A DNA stretch of 64,000 nt from Octopus vulgaris (taxonomy: Eukaryota). Shown piece after piece: positions 25,840 through 38,988 of this stretch. Under the pieces are notes generated by a model. That model had not been told where the DNA came from and did not search any database. It worked only from the letters and a program-made list of their open reading frames with translations. Position 1 is the first letter of the stretch, and each line of letters starts with the position of its first letter. The position numbers were made by a program, and so were the translations under genes. The stretch is taken from NCBI GenBank assembly GCA_951406725.2, contig OX597821.1:54622001-54686000 (forward strand), written 5' to 3'.

Positions 25840-26022
25840 TTGGTGCTGGTGCCAAGTAAAAAACACTTGGTACACTCTGTAAAGTGGTTGGCATTAGAAA
25901 GGGCATCCAGCAATAGAAACCATGCCAAAGCAGACATTAGATTTTGATGCTGTCATCAGGCTTACCTGTTCCTGTCAAACCATCCAACCCATGCCAACAT
26001 AGAAGATGGATATTAATGATGA
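25840..26022 (+). mobile_element. RTE 3' UTR fragment
   Basis: gtggttggcattagaaagggcatccagc...ccaacccatgccaac...atgatga. Confidence 0.7.
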
Positions 26023-27084
26023 GATGCACAAATATACAGGTAGAGTTTCGTACAATCTATTTAGTGAAAACTAGAAATGACATCAATCGAATAACATGCA
26101 CCTGATACCACAACTGCGATATCTAAATTCAACATTAGTTTGTGAAATATCTCTTTGAATGTAGCAACAGAGTATCACCCCTACATTAACTAAACCAATA
26201 TAAATAAAACAAGCATCTTCTTAATGTCCTGTTATCATATTCCACATATTGTTATTATACTCAATAATAAGATTTACTGAAATTATCATCTGCCATAACA
26301 CTGACTGATACTTCTAAGCTATCTTATCGTTTCCTCATATTTTATAATCAGCAAAATGATATTTTTTCAAAACCTATGATTCTTTTATTTGATAACAGTT
26401 ACTTCGCTATGTCACTATATTTAGACAAGTAGCTAGTTATCTAATGCTTCTATCAAAGGGAAATAATGAGCAGGATGTAAAAGGAAACCAGTATATAAGG
26501 AGGTAAAAAATCAGTTTATTTCTGCGGTACTGAATATAATTTTTTGTTGTGGTTTGAAACTCTTGAAATATATTTTCTTTGAAAAAATTTTATTGTTTTC
26601 ATCATACAGATATGGTTTACATATATGTGTATGTCTATGTAGTGTGCATGTATGTATGCATAAATGTTTTACTGTAAATATGTACATGTATTTTGCATGC
26701 ATGTTCAACAATGGGATAAATGGAAAGTTGAATGAATGAGAAGAATACTCTTTCATTTTTGATTCATCATCTGTTTATTGTTAAAAGCAAGTATTCACCA
26801 CAACAGTCCAGCAGAAAAAAGAAAAAACAACAGGGTAATATCAGAAAATTCTGTTCATAGTAATGACTTGCTTGGATAGTTTCTATGGTTGTGTATATAA
26901 GAGATATTGAGAGAGAAGGAGAGAGATAGGGTGAGTAAATGAATATAAGCATCGGCTGCCTTTCTATAACCCTATGCTGGTAGGATCTCTGTCACTTCAT
27001 TTTGTAGATTTTTTATATTTGGCAGTTTTGTCCATTCACATCAACAGATTGTGAATAGTATCTGGGGTGAATACATATCTGTAT

Positions 27085-27610
27085 TCTTGGACACTAAACT
27101 GCTTGTGAAGACCGGTTGGAGCAAGTAAAATCAAAATTGAACCAAATTCGATGACTGGCACCCGTGCCAGTGGAGCACTAACAGCTCCATCCGAGCAGGA
27201 TCACTGCCAGAGCAGCTGTCTGGCTTCTGTGCCGGTGGGCACATAAAAAGCACCATTTGAGCGTGATCATTACCAGTGTCGCCTTACTGGCACTTGTGCA
27301 GGTGGCACATAAACAAAACATTCGAGCGAGGTCATTGCCAGTGCAGCAGGACTGACTCTTGTGCAGGTGGCACTTAAAAAACACCATTTCGAGCATGGAT
27401 GTTGCCAGTACCACCAGACTGGCCCTCGTGCCGGTGGCATGTAAAAGCACCCACTACACTCTCAGAGTGGTTGGCATTAGGAAGGGCATCCAGCTGTAGA
27501 AACTCTGCCAGATCAGATCGGAGCCTGGTGCATCCATCTGGCTCGCCAGTCCTCAGTCAAATCGTCCAACCCATCCTAGCATGGAAAGCGGACGTTAAAG
27601 GATGATGATT
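27085..27610 (+). mobile_element. RTE 3' UTR copy with ~60-bp tandem subrepeats
   Basis: Five gtgc(c/a)(g/a)gtgg(c)ac..aaaa units, then the canonical tail ggacgttaaaggatgatga. Confidence 0.75.
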
Positions 27611-28189
27611 CTGTTCTCTCTGATGTGAAACTTACCTCTCTATTTGTTATTTATTTCTATTTGTTGATTATTCTTATTTGGGACTGTCTGTCTGTCATAC
27701 ACTTCTATCTTTTGCACTGTCAATTTGCATATTTAAATCTAAAAATCTTGTCTTTTTTAATACAGTTTAGAACAAATCTGATTAGACACATCTGTAGTGA
27801 CATCATCACTTGAAAACCTAAGAAATGTTTACAAAGAATGTTACTGGCCAGGTTTTTACTTACATCATTACTCAATCTGCCTAGACTCTGGATATTGTTA
27901 CAAAAAATGTTTGATAGCAAGCACCTTAACAGTTTTAAATTGATTGTGGTCACCAACTGGAATGGCGGAAATTGATTAGTAAACATTATTATATGTTGAT
28001 GTTGAAGTCAGCAGTTGTGATGATAAGAGTTTGTTATTAAAACGGCATATCAAACTCTGTTCACTTTTTGTTCTCTATACTTGCCACTTATTTCATGAAG
28101 CTAACTATTTTCCTGCACTCAGATCCCGAGATCATACTCACCTCTATATGTATATATATATATTTATTATCTATCTATCTATCAATCTA

Positions 28190-28232
<43 letters not shown>

Positions 28233-28236
<4 letters not shown>

Positions 28237-28444
28237 TCGTTTAACGTCCGCTTTCCATGCTACCATGGGTTGGACGATTTGACTGAGGTCTGGCAAACCA
28301 GATGGCTGCACCAGACTCTAATTTGAGCTGTAGAAAGTCTGCCAGATCAGATTGGAGCCTGGTGCAGCCACTGGTTCACCAGACTTCACTCAAATCGTCC
28401 AACCCATGCTAGCATGGAAAGCGGATGTTAAACAATGATGATGA
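28233..28444. mobile_element. Two RTE 3' ends joined head-to-head within (TA)n
   Basis: catcgtttaacgtccgctttccatgct... and ...agcatggaaagcggatgttaaacaatgatg form ~95-bp inverted arms. Confidence 0.8.
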
Positions 28445-28456
28445 TATATATATATA

Positions 28457-28690
28457 CAGGGTTGGCCAAAGGTCACCCGACAGTAAATCAAACTTCCATA
28501 AATACTATTTGTAATTCTGTATTGACTTGAATGGAAAAATGAGTCACTGAAGAAAGACTTCAGTTTGAACAATTTTCCTGATGCTTCATATTTAGATGCT
28601 TTTTATTAAATTCATTCAGTTATTAAATATAAAAAACCTTGGAAATAATTGGTTTTGATTTACTGTCAGGTGACTTTTGGGCAAATCTAG
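28457..28690. mobile_element. Tc1/mariner-type MITE
   Basis: TA-cagggttggccaaaggtcacccgacagtaaatcaaa ... tttgatttactgtcaggtgacttttgggcaa TIRs. Confidence 0.7.
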
Positions 28691-29485
28691 AAATATGATA
28701 GGCTTCCACACAGTGGTACTGAACCGGAAACCACATGATTACAAAGAAAGTTTATTAAGCACTCAGCCATGCCTGCACATTCACACACACACACACACAA
28801 ACACACACACATACAAACATCTATATAATACATACACTTTTCTGTTTTTTACAAGTGAGAGAATGATTATATCAGGCAACCTAACCACTAGGCTACATAT
28901 GTATGCAAGTGTATATATGTGTACACACACACACACACACACACACACATATGCAGAGGATACAACATCCACAATTTATTGTATCTATTAAAGTTGAGAT
29001 CCATCAATCAACTTCTTTGCATACGAAACCCATGTGGAAGTGTTCTGATGTTTCTAATAAAACTTTTATTCATTTACATATGTTTTCCAATAAACCTCTG
29101 CAGAGTTATCCTTATTTTTCATTTCTTTCTGTATTTTTCAAATTGTAAAAATTGTTTATGGACACCCAGTATATACTCCTGTATCTATCATTCATCATCA
29201 TTATTCAAATGTCTCCCATTCCACGCTTGCATAAGCCACAGGAGACTACAATGCTGCAGAATATTCTACGACTGGATACTCTCCTGACAGTAACCCTGGA
29301 TGTGATTATGCAGGAAACTAGAAACGAATAACACAATATTAAATGAGATTATGTTTTACAAAGATCACACCATTTCAAGACATAAGGACAAGGTAAAGAC
29401 AAACTCATTCGCACAAACACACACATGCACAAAGAGTGCGCCTGAACATTGTATACACTATGTTCATTACTATATACACACACTG

Positions 29486-29523
<38 letters not shown>

Positions 29524-29539
29524 ATGTGTTAATTTTTTG

Positions 29540-29922
29540 GCTCTTTTACTTGTTTCAGTCATTAGACTGCAGCCATGCTGGAGCACTGCCTTGAAGAATT
29601 TTAGCCAAACAATTTGATCCAAATACTTACTTTTTTTTATTTTTTACACTTGATATTTATTCTATCATTCGCTTTTACCAAAGTTTTAAGTTATGGAGAC
29701 ATAAACACACCAACAGCAGTTTTCATGTAGTGATGGGATACAAACACAGAAACATGCACACACATTTCTTCTTTCAGTTTCTGTCCACCAAATCCACTGA
29801 TTAATCTTTGATTGACCCAAGGCTATAATAGAAGACACTTGCCCAAGGTACCACACAGTGGAACTGAACCTAGAACCATGTGGTTGGGAAGCAAATATCT
29901 TCCCACACAGCCACACCAGTGC
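29540..29922 (-). mobile_element. Family A SINE
   Basis: Tail ctcttttacttgtttcagtcatt through head cacacagccacacc. Confidence 0.8.
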
Positions 29923-29929
29923 CTATATA

Positions 29930-30162
29930 TATATATTAGAAGAAATGAGGTAATCAGAAGATCGGATGGTTTATATTTACAGATATTTATTTATATATTA
30001 TATTTTTTACATATATATCATATCATTTAGATCTAAATGATATGATATATATGTAAAAAATGTAATATATAAATAAATATCTGTAAATATAAACCATCCG
30101 ATCTTCTGATTACCTCATTTCTTCTAATATATAATACCTGTACATCATCTCCAAACCTTCCA
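29930..30162. mobile_element. ~100-bp-arm near-perfect palindrome plus ~30-nt tail in (TA)n (Penelope-like hairpin-plus-tail)
   Basis: Symmetry centre aga|tct at 30031/30032, no spacer. Unpaired tail atacctgtacatcatctccaaaccttcc. Confidence 0.75.
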
Positions 30163-30175
30163 ATATATATATATA

Positions 30176-30270
30176 TGTAATGGTGTATTAAAGTATGGAT
30201 TGAGTATCATCGGATAGTTGATGTTTTACTGATTTAAGTATGTTTCTCCATTCTCTAATTTTGTAGTATA
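30176..30270 (+). mobile_element. Fragment of the 8811-10430 element family
   Basis: Near-identical to 10167-10260. Confidence 0.85.
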
Positions 30271-30859
30271 TATATATATATATATCTATATATATACACA
30301 CACACAAACACACACAGACAGACAGATAGATGGATTGATGAACAGATAGATAGACAGACAGGTAGATAGATAAACACACACAACAGGTTGCTTTCATTTT
30401 CCAGTATCAAATTCACTCAGTACAATGGTAGCAGGAACTTATCCAAGGTGTAATACAGTAGAACTGAACTTGTAACCAGATGGTTGAAAAGTGATCCCAT
30501 TAAGAGCTATGAATTATATAGGTTGACAACAGAATTGGTTAAGTATCAAGCAATATGAATTATTGTATGTTTGTTAAATTCTATGTTCAGACTTCAAATA
30601 GTTTGATTTTACTTTTCATACCATGGAAGGCAATAAAGCAAGTAGCAATCATGTATTTTAAATACTGAGATCAATATAACTAGTTATTCTTTCTTGAAGG
30701 CATGTCCCAGTATGGCTAAAGTTCAGTTAATGGAACCAATAAAAGACAAAAAAAGCAAAGTTTTACTGTTAATAATTCATTTAAGTAACTGTTTAACCTA
30801 AAGTATAAATGCATACATAATTATACACATGCATACATACATATTTGCATATACATACG

Positions 30860-31120
30860 TATAGATAGATAGATAGACAGACAGACAGGCAGGCAGAGAC
30901 AGACAGACAGATAGATCGATAGAGGGATGGATGGAGAGACAGATAGACAGACAGATGAATAGACAGATAAATAGATGGTTGGTTAGATAGGTAAATAGAC
31001 AGACAGACAGATAAACAGATAGACAAAGACAGACAGATAGATAGATAGATGGAAAGAGAGATAGACAGAGTGAGAGACATAGACAGGCTGCATAGATAGA
31101 CAAATAAAGAGATAGATAGC
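30860..31120. repeat. (GATA/GACA)n microsatellite
   Basis: Direct inspection. Confidence 0.9.
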
Positions 31121-31562
31121 TATATACTTCAATGTTTAGTTACATATACATAAACATATCTATGTCTCCTTATACAATGAAATAAATGACACCTAATTTG
31201 AGTATTTGGTGTTATTTGACTAGAGTTTCAATGATTTGATCTTGTTACAGATAATGTAGGCCTTTTAATTAAATAATTTTGTATAAAAAAGTGAAGTGTT
31301 AAGCTAGGCACCCAATTTTCAAAAGATGTCAATGAAATGTAAAGAAAAATAGTTTTGGAAAAAATATATATAGGAAAATTTTATATAACAAAATTGATAT
31401 ACTGGCACAGGCATGGCTGTGGGGTTAAGAGAGTTACTTTGCAAACATGTTGTTCAGGGTGTAGACCCATTGCTCAGCACCTTGTGAATATGTTTTCAAA
31501 TGTAGCCCCAAATCAACCCAATTCTTTGTGAGAGTAGTTGATTGGCAGAAACTGTGCGAAGA

Positions 31563-31978
31563 AGGCAGCAAGCTGGCAGAAACATTAGCACGCTGGGTGA
31601 AATGCTTAGCGGTATTTCGTCTGCCGCTACATTCTGAGTTCAAATTCCGCCGAGGTCGACTTTGCCTTTCATCCTTTTGGAGTCGATAAATTAAGTACCA
31701 GTTATGCACTGGGGTCGAGGTAATCGATTTAATCCGTTTGTCTGACCTTGTTCGTCTCCTTTGTGTTTAACCCCTTGTGGGTAGTAAAGAAGTAGGTATT
31801 TCATCTACCGTTATGTTCTGAGTTCAAATTCCGCTGAGGTCGACTTTGCCTTTCATCTTCTCAGGGTCGATAGATTAAGTACCAGTTATACGCCGGGGTC
31901 GATGTAATCGACTTAATCCCCTTGTCTGTCCTTTTTTGTCCCTTCTATGTTTAGCCCCTTGTGGGCAATAAAGAAATA
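31563..31978 (+). mobile_element. Tandem dimer of family B SINE inserted into an older family A-like SINE
   Basis: Two Meta-like domains and two tails. TSD agaaactgtgcg at 31547-31558 and 31979-31990. Confidence 0.8.
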
Positions 31979-32640
31979 AGAAACTGTGCGGAAGCTCATT
32001 ATATATATATATATCTGCTTATTCATATGTGAGAGTACATGCATGCATGTGTGTGAGTGTGAGTGTGTGTATGCATATGTGTATGTGTGTGAGTGTATGC
32101 ATTTGTGTGTAAGTAAAAAGGCAGATAAGCACAAGCAGGGTGATCTGTGAGAGTTGGTTTGTATCTGTTTTATTTAGTATCTACTTATCTGACTAACACT
32201 GTTTACTGCTGATGGCTTTCTTGTTATTGTCTACACTTGGGTAGAAAATCTTGTTACTCTCCCACTATTATAATAGACCTCATCTCTCCTTCCTCTGGTT
32301 TTCATCACTCTATTCTCTGTAAAACCTTTATATCTGTAAACAGTACTGTGAAATATACATTTTCACAATATTCTTCAAATGAAGGTGATTTGGCTTTGCT
32401 GGAAGGATCCATACATAAACACACACAAAAATATAAATATTTCCTAAATTTTCTACATTCTATAATTTATTTCTCTTTTAATTTTACTTTATGTCTCTCT
32501 TTGTAATATAGCTAATTAACAAATTTGTAAGTTAAATCATGCTGAAGATTACTAAAAAAGGATGAAATAGTACTAAATATGATTACCACTAACAGGAAGT
32601 TGTAAGAATTTTTGCCATAAAATTTAAATTATATATCTAT

Positions 32641-33280
32641 GAGCCAAATACCCCGTCATTGCCAGGCAATTCTATAATAGAATGTCTTTCATAAATTTTT
32701 ATTTATTCCATATCAGACCATCCCTTCCTCAAAAGATAAACCTCTTGATCAGGACAGATTTGTGCAATTTTCACAAAAAACTTCGTTGAGGATTTTTTTC
32801 CTTTTTAAACTATTTACATATCTGTTTGACCATTCCACATGTCTAATTTATTAAAACTTATTAAAATTCAAAAACTCGAACAACTTTGGTCATCATAATG
32901 TTTTTCTTTTGTTTGTTTAATAAAAATTTCTCTCATAATGATTTTGCTTTCATTTTGTGATAGATAACTATCACATTGCCAGCTTCCAAATACTGTTTTC
33001 TGATTAGGTAAAACTGATTAAACTTTAAACCTAAGTAATATTTTTATACAATTTTTCTGGGACAAATAAACAACAAAATAAGATTTAATACCGAAAATTA
33101 TTTCAATATACCAAATTTGAAAATGTTCATGTAATTTTAAAATTTCACAATATGTGACAGCAACAGGGAAGACCTGACAAAATTAGAGGGACAGACAGTT
33201 ATAGGACGTCACATATACACACACACATATTTACAAATGTAGACACAGGTATTCACGACTTTAAAATGGTGTATAGTAGA
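32641..33280 (+). mobile_element. Helentron-associated (HINE/DINE-1-like) element
   Basis: 5' taccccgtcattgccagg, internal ccaaatttga, microsatellite, 3' end tatagtaga. Confidence 0.45.
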
Positions 33281-34825
33281 CATATGTATGTACATATATG
33301 AGTATATATATGTATGTATGTGTATCTGTGTGTGAGTATTTCTTTGTGATGGGCATCAGAAAAACCACCTACCCCTCTCTCCTTAAAGATGCATATTCCG
33401 CACACCCACCTTTCTTTCTTTTCTTCAGCATTTTAAAAGTTACTTATGACAGCTGCATTAACATTTTCATCCCATTGCCACTCAATATTTGTCACTTACA
33501 CAACACTATTTTCCCCTTCCCTGATATCAGCCACACTCATTATGCCACCACATTTCTGTCATACTAACACTCATTGCACCCTTCTCTTTTTATCAAATAA
33601 AATCTTTGTAGGACTGGTTTAGGGAGGAGGATGGTGTAGTGACTATAGCAGACTGACATGTACTGATAAACTGACACATTAGTCTTACCAACCAATTTTA
33701 TTAATACAGATATATGTCAACACTTCATATCCTTGATTTCAAATTTCTAATCCCACTTTCTATTGTTACCTCCTTTTGTACTAACAGATATCCAGAGTGC
33801 CACACATGTTTGAAGAACCATTTTTATAGCTTCATAAAAATCCATTTTAACATCTGGTATTAGAGAACATTAATTTATGAATAGAAGCTTATTTGACTAC
33901 AGGACTATTATAGATGATAACAGCAGGGAAAAGATATCTACACCTAAGCAAGTATTATGAAGGCTTGTAAAACCATTTGTAACTAATATTGTAAATATTG
34001 ACTACCCTAAAACACTTTCACAAGTTAGAAAGTTTCCTGGTGACTGCTATTACTCAACATTTAATCACTATAAATATTTTCTTAAACTTACAACATTCTA
34101 TGAAGAAAAGGATTTCAAATTTCTATGAACTTCTTCCAGTCTATGATTAATTTCATCTTTAATTATATTCTAATGCCTCTCTTTGCAATACATCTTATAT
34201 CAGTAAGGTTAAATCATGCTGATGATTCTTAAAAAGGATGAAATTTTACTTTATATGTTACTACGAGTAGGAAATTGCAAGAACTTTATGATAGATAATA
34301 ATAAAAAGAAAAGAATTTAAATTAAATTATATTTATACCTGTGAACTCTGTATCCTTTTATAGTCCTTGATTTCAAATTTAAGTTCCTATTTCTGCCTGA
34401 CATTGTAAGGAGATAGCTACCTCTCATTATATCAACAGCCATTGTAAAATGTCTAATGAATAAGCCACATGTTATTTTATGCTCACAATTTCTAAAACAA
34501 TGAACTAGTTCTATATACCAATGACCAGTGACTAGAAATTGGATGAACTTTGTAATAAGTAAACAAAACAAAAACAATTTAATACATAAATCTTGTACAC
34601 ATTTTCCCATTTAATTCTCACATTTTAAATTCAAATTTTATATCCTGCCTTGTTTTTGAGGAAATAATTATCTCCCTTGCTTTATCTGCTTTCACTAGAG
34701 TGAACCTCGTGTGTGTGCATCTGTATATGTGTGTGTGTGTACGTGCATGTATATGTGTGTCTATTCCACCTCTTATTTTATTAATACTGTTACTATACAT
34801 ACACATATATACATATACACATACA

Positions 34826-34860
<35 letters not shown>

Positions 34861-35089
34861 GCATTTATGTATGTATGTATGTAAATATGCTCATATATAT
34901 GCATACCAACATATATTTTCATATACATATATATCAGTTTTAATCAAGAAAAAAGAAGAAAAAATGCACTTTAGATGCATTTAGTTAAGTTAAGTTTATC
35001 ACTAAAAATATCTGTCTGTGTGTCACTGAGGAAGATAGAAATCAAAATATCAGTATTTCAGTATTTTATTTCCTGTCTTCTTCGTTAAA

Positions 35090-35107
35090 TATGTATAGAT
35101 ACATACG

Positions 35108-35149
<42 letters not shown>

Positions 35150-35327
35150 CATATATATATACATATATATACATACATATATACATATATATATATACAT
35201 ATATATATATATACATATATACATATATATATATACACATATATATATACATATATATATACATATATATATACACATATATATACATATATATATACAT
35301 ATATATATACATATATATATATATACA

Positions 35328-35378
<51 letters not shown>

Positions 35379-35620
35379 TATATACATATATACATATATA
35401 TACACATATATATATACATATATATATACATATATATACACACATATATATACATATATATATATACATATATGTATATAAATATATATATATACATATA
35501 TATACATATATGTATATACGTATATATATACATATATATATACGTATATATATACATATATATACATATATATACATATATATATATATGTATTTATATA
35601 TATATATATTTATTTATACA
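35090..35620. repeat. Long (TA)n/(CATATA)n microsatellite
   Basis: Direct inspection; source of spurious IY-rich ORFs. Confidence 0.95.
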
Positions 35621-36169
35621 ACATGCACACATATTGCGAAGTAGATAGGTACAACAATAATACATTGAACATGTGGTTGACTTTACGTTTACAAATAATA
35701 ATAATAGTAATAATGATAATAATAATAATAATAATAATTATAACAACAACAGCAACAACAATGGCATAATACATAATATAAATACGAAGTGAGTGTAGAA
35801 AAATACTTAAAAAATCTGAATAAATATTTAATTTTCCTTGGCCAACAAGAAAGCAGTTGGAAATAGAGATACTTTTTGATTAGTAGACAGAGATTCTGGA
35901 AGGTTTGTGAAACCATTCTAATGGATCTTCCATTAATATTTCTTAGCTTTTCTGTTCTTTATATCTTATGAAACAAAAAAAATAATAAAATAAATAAAGA
36001 TTAAGAAAAATATTAATGCAGAACCTTAGGATTGGATAGCTGCAGTGTTTCAAAAAAGATTTCTAAAACATGCTGCAAGTATTGACTTCATTATTATTAT
36101 CATCAATTTTTTTCTCTTTTGCTCTCTACCATTTTTCTGTGGATTTTTTGCAGGACTGGCAATGCACAA

Positions 36170-36225
36170 TGCGTGTGTGTGTGTGTGTGTGTGCATGTAT
36201 CTCTATACATATATATATATGTATG

Positions 36226-36275
<50 letters not shown>

Positions 36276-36280
36276 CATGC

Positions 36281-36362
<82 letters not shown>

Positions 36363-36545
36363 ATATATATATATATATGTGCATGCATATTATATATATA
36401 TATATATATGTGTGTATATATATGTATATATGTGTGTGTGTGCGTATATATATATATATATATATTATGCATGTTTGCACATAAGTAGCATGAAAAAGCA
36501 AGAGAAAAATGAATGAAAAACACACACACACACACATACACGTGT
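36170..36545. repeat. Compound (TG)/(TA) microsatellite
   Basis: Direct inspection. Confidence 0.9.
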
Positions 36546-36986
36546 ATCTGTACGTGTTTAATGCAGATATCTTATAGCAATGTTTTGTTGTTCATTACAC
36601 ACTTCTTTTGCTTTTGTGTGTGTGTGTGTGTGTTTTTTTTGTTAAGTAAAATATATATACATTAGGTGAATTATGAGAAATCCCATGAACTCTGCTACAA
36701 GAGTCAGTAGATATATTTTAAGTGTATGCAGATAAATCTTAGGTAGTGTGGTATTTATATCACAAGGATTTAGATTTACTCTTTACCTGTAAGGAAATAA
36801 AATATTCACAACACGTGGGAAGAGGACAAGAAAAGTGAAAATTCAAAAAATCTGCTGCACATTTGATGATGTATAGCATTCAATGTATGATGCATTGTTT
36901 TTGTATGTAGTGAAGTGTTGGCATCACAGGCCTTATCGGCTGTGACACAAGTATATACTGGGAAGTTATAATGACTAATATTTCAA

Positions 36987-37602
36987 TTAACTCTTTAGTA
37001 TTTAAACTGGCCACACCCAGCCAAAATATTCTATTTGTTTTATGTTCGAAGAGGCCAGATCTGGCCTCTCCCACTTACCCTACAATGTTGTTCAAAAAAA
37101 TAAACAATCACGTTATTGAAATTTTGAAGCTATGCTGATACTCTTTTACTTGTTTCAGTCATTTGACTGCAGCCATGCTGGAGCAATGCCTTTAGTCGTG
37201 CAAATCGACCCCAGAACTTATTCTTTGTAAGCCTAGTACTTATTCTATCTGTCTCTTTTGCCGAACCGCTAAGTTACGAGGACGTAAACACTCCAGCATC
37301 AGTTGTCAAATGATGTTGGGGGGACAAACACAGACATACAAACACACACACATATATATACACATAGATATATATACGACGGGCTTCTTTCAGTTTCCAT
37401 CTACCAAATCCACTCAGAAGGCTTTGGTTGGCCTGAGGCTATAGTAGAAGACACTTGCCCAAGGTGCCATGCAGAGGGACTGAACCCGGAACTATGTGGT
37501 TGGTAAGCAAGCTACTTACCACACAGCCACTCAATTAATTCAAAACAACGTGAATATTTTAGCGTTGTATTTGACAGTGTAATCTGAATGTTAAAAGGCT
37601 TA
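36987..37602 (+). mobile_element. piggyBac-type MITE interrupted by a family A SINE (37138-37531, minus)
   Basis: ttaactctttagtattta ... gtaatctgaatgttaaaaggctta with a full SINE inside. Confidence 0.7.
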
Positions 37603-38122
37603 CAAAAGCTATCCTACTTAGACTAAAAATGCTACTGCTGCACTGTAATCAAATATGCTTTTGGAGCAAAGTCCTTAAATTCCCAAAGGCCTCATTAGTT
37701 GCTACTTATAGGAACTCTATTACTCTATATTAACTACTTAAATCCTTCTCTCTCTCCTTCTCCTCACTCTGTCTCCTTCCCTCTATCTCCCCCTCTCTCT
37801 GTATCATTATTACTGTGTTTCCAATATCAACGAGGGAACAAGTGATCTTGTAATAGTCTGTCAACTTATTAAAAATAGCAACTAAATTTCCTTCAAATAA
37901 CACTCTAGTATATTAAATAAAGAAAGTTACTTTGAATAATGTAATCCCTAACATACAAAAATATGGGATCCTCAAAGATGGAATACAAGACGGGATAGTC
38001 ATGGATGGAATACAAAAAGATCTGATGATTATGGGTCTACAGAACCAGAACCAACACAAGACTAAACAACAGCGCCACTAACAACAACGACTTCAATTTC
38101 TCTAATTCTTTTATTTACTTCT

Positions 38123-38521
38123 TGCAGGAGTGGCTGTGTGGTAAGTAGCTTGCTTACCAACCACATGGTTCCGGGTTCAGTCCTACTGCATGACACCTTG
38201 GACAAGTGTCTTCTACTATAGCCTCAAGCCGACCAAAGCCTTGTGAGTGGATTTGGTAGACGGAAACTGAAAGAAGACCGTCGTATATATATGTGTGTGT
38301 CTGTGTGTGTGTGTATGTTGTGTATCTGTGGCTGTCCCCCCAACATCGCTTGACAACCGATGTTGGTGTGTTTAGGTCCCCATAACTTAGCGGTTCGGCA
38401 AAAGAGACCGATAGAATAAGTACTAGGCTTACAAAGAATAAGTCCTGGGGTCGATTTGATTTGACTAAAGATGGTGCTCCAGCATGGCTGTAGTCAAATG
38501 ACTGAAACAATTAAAAGAGTA
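38123..38521 (+). mobile_element. Full-length family A SINE
   Basis: High similarity to 11872-12310. Confidence 0.88.
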
Positions 38522-38766
38522 ACTATGGATGCAAGAATGGCTGAGTGGTTAAGAAGTCTGTCTTTACAATCATAAAATCCTGGAGTCAGTTCTACTGTAT
38601 GCTACATCAAGCAAGTGAATCTTAGCATAGTTTTGTGTTTAGCCTAGCCTTATGAGTGACACTGAGAAGACAGAATCTGGGAAGGTCTTTAGATTAACTG
38701 TATTTGAAATTCAAAGTTTTACCTTGTCACAAATTGAGTCAAACTGATTTAGTTTGAGAATTATGT

Positions 38767-38988
38767 TAACCCTTTTGTTACTGTATTTATTTTGAGATGC
38801 TCTGTGTTTCTTTCAATTACTTTAAATATAACAAAGAATCTAGTAAAATAATTTGGTTATCATTAAGCTAGTATTAGGAACATAAATTTTGACAAAGGTT
38901 TGGTGGAAGATTTTAATTCAAAACTTTTGAAAACAAGACATTTGTACCCAGAGCCAGAGCCGGTTTCAGCCAGGTTGGTAACGAAAGG
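38767..38988. mobile_element. Second piggyBac-type MITE family
   Basis: ttaacccttttgttac ... ggtaacgaaagg inverted ends. Confidence 0.5.

Noticed and set aside
35050-36541. Long IY/CV-rich ORFs (also near 1-2.5 kb, 6 kb and 58 kb)
   Set aside because: Translations of TA/TG/CATA microsatellites, open on both strands
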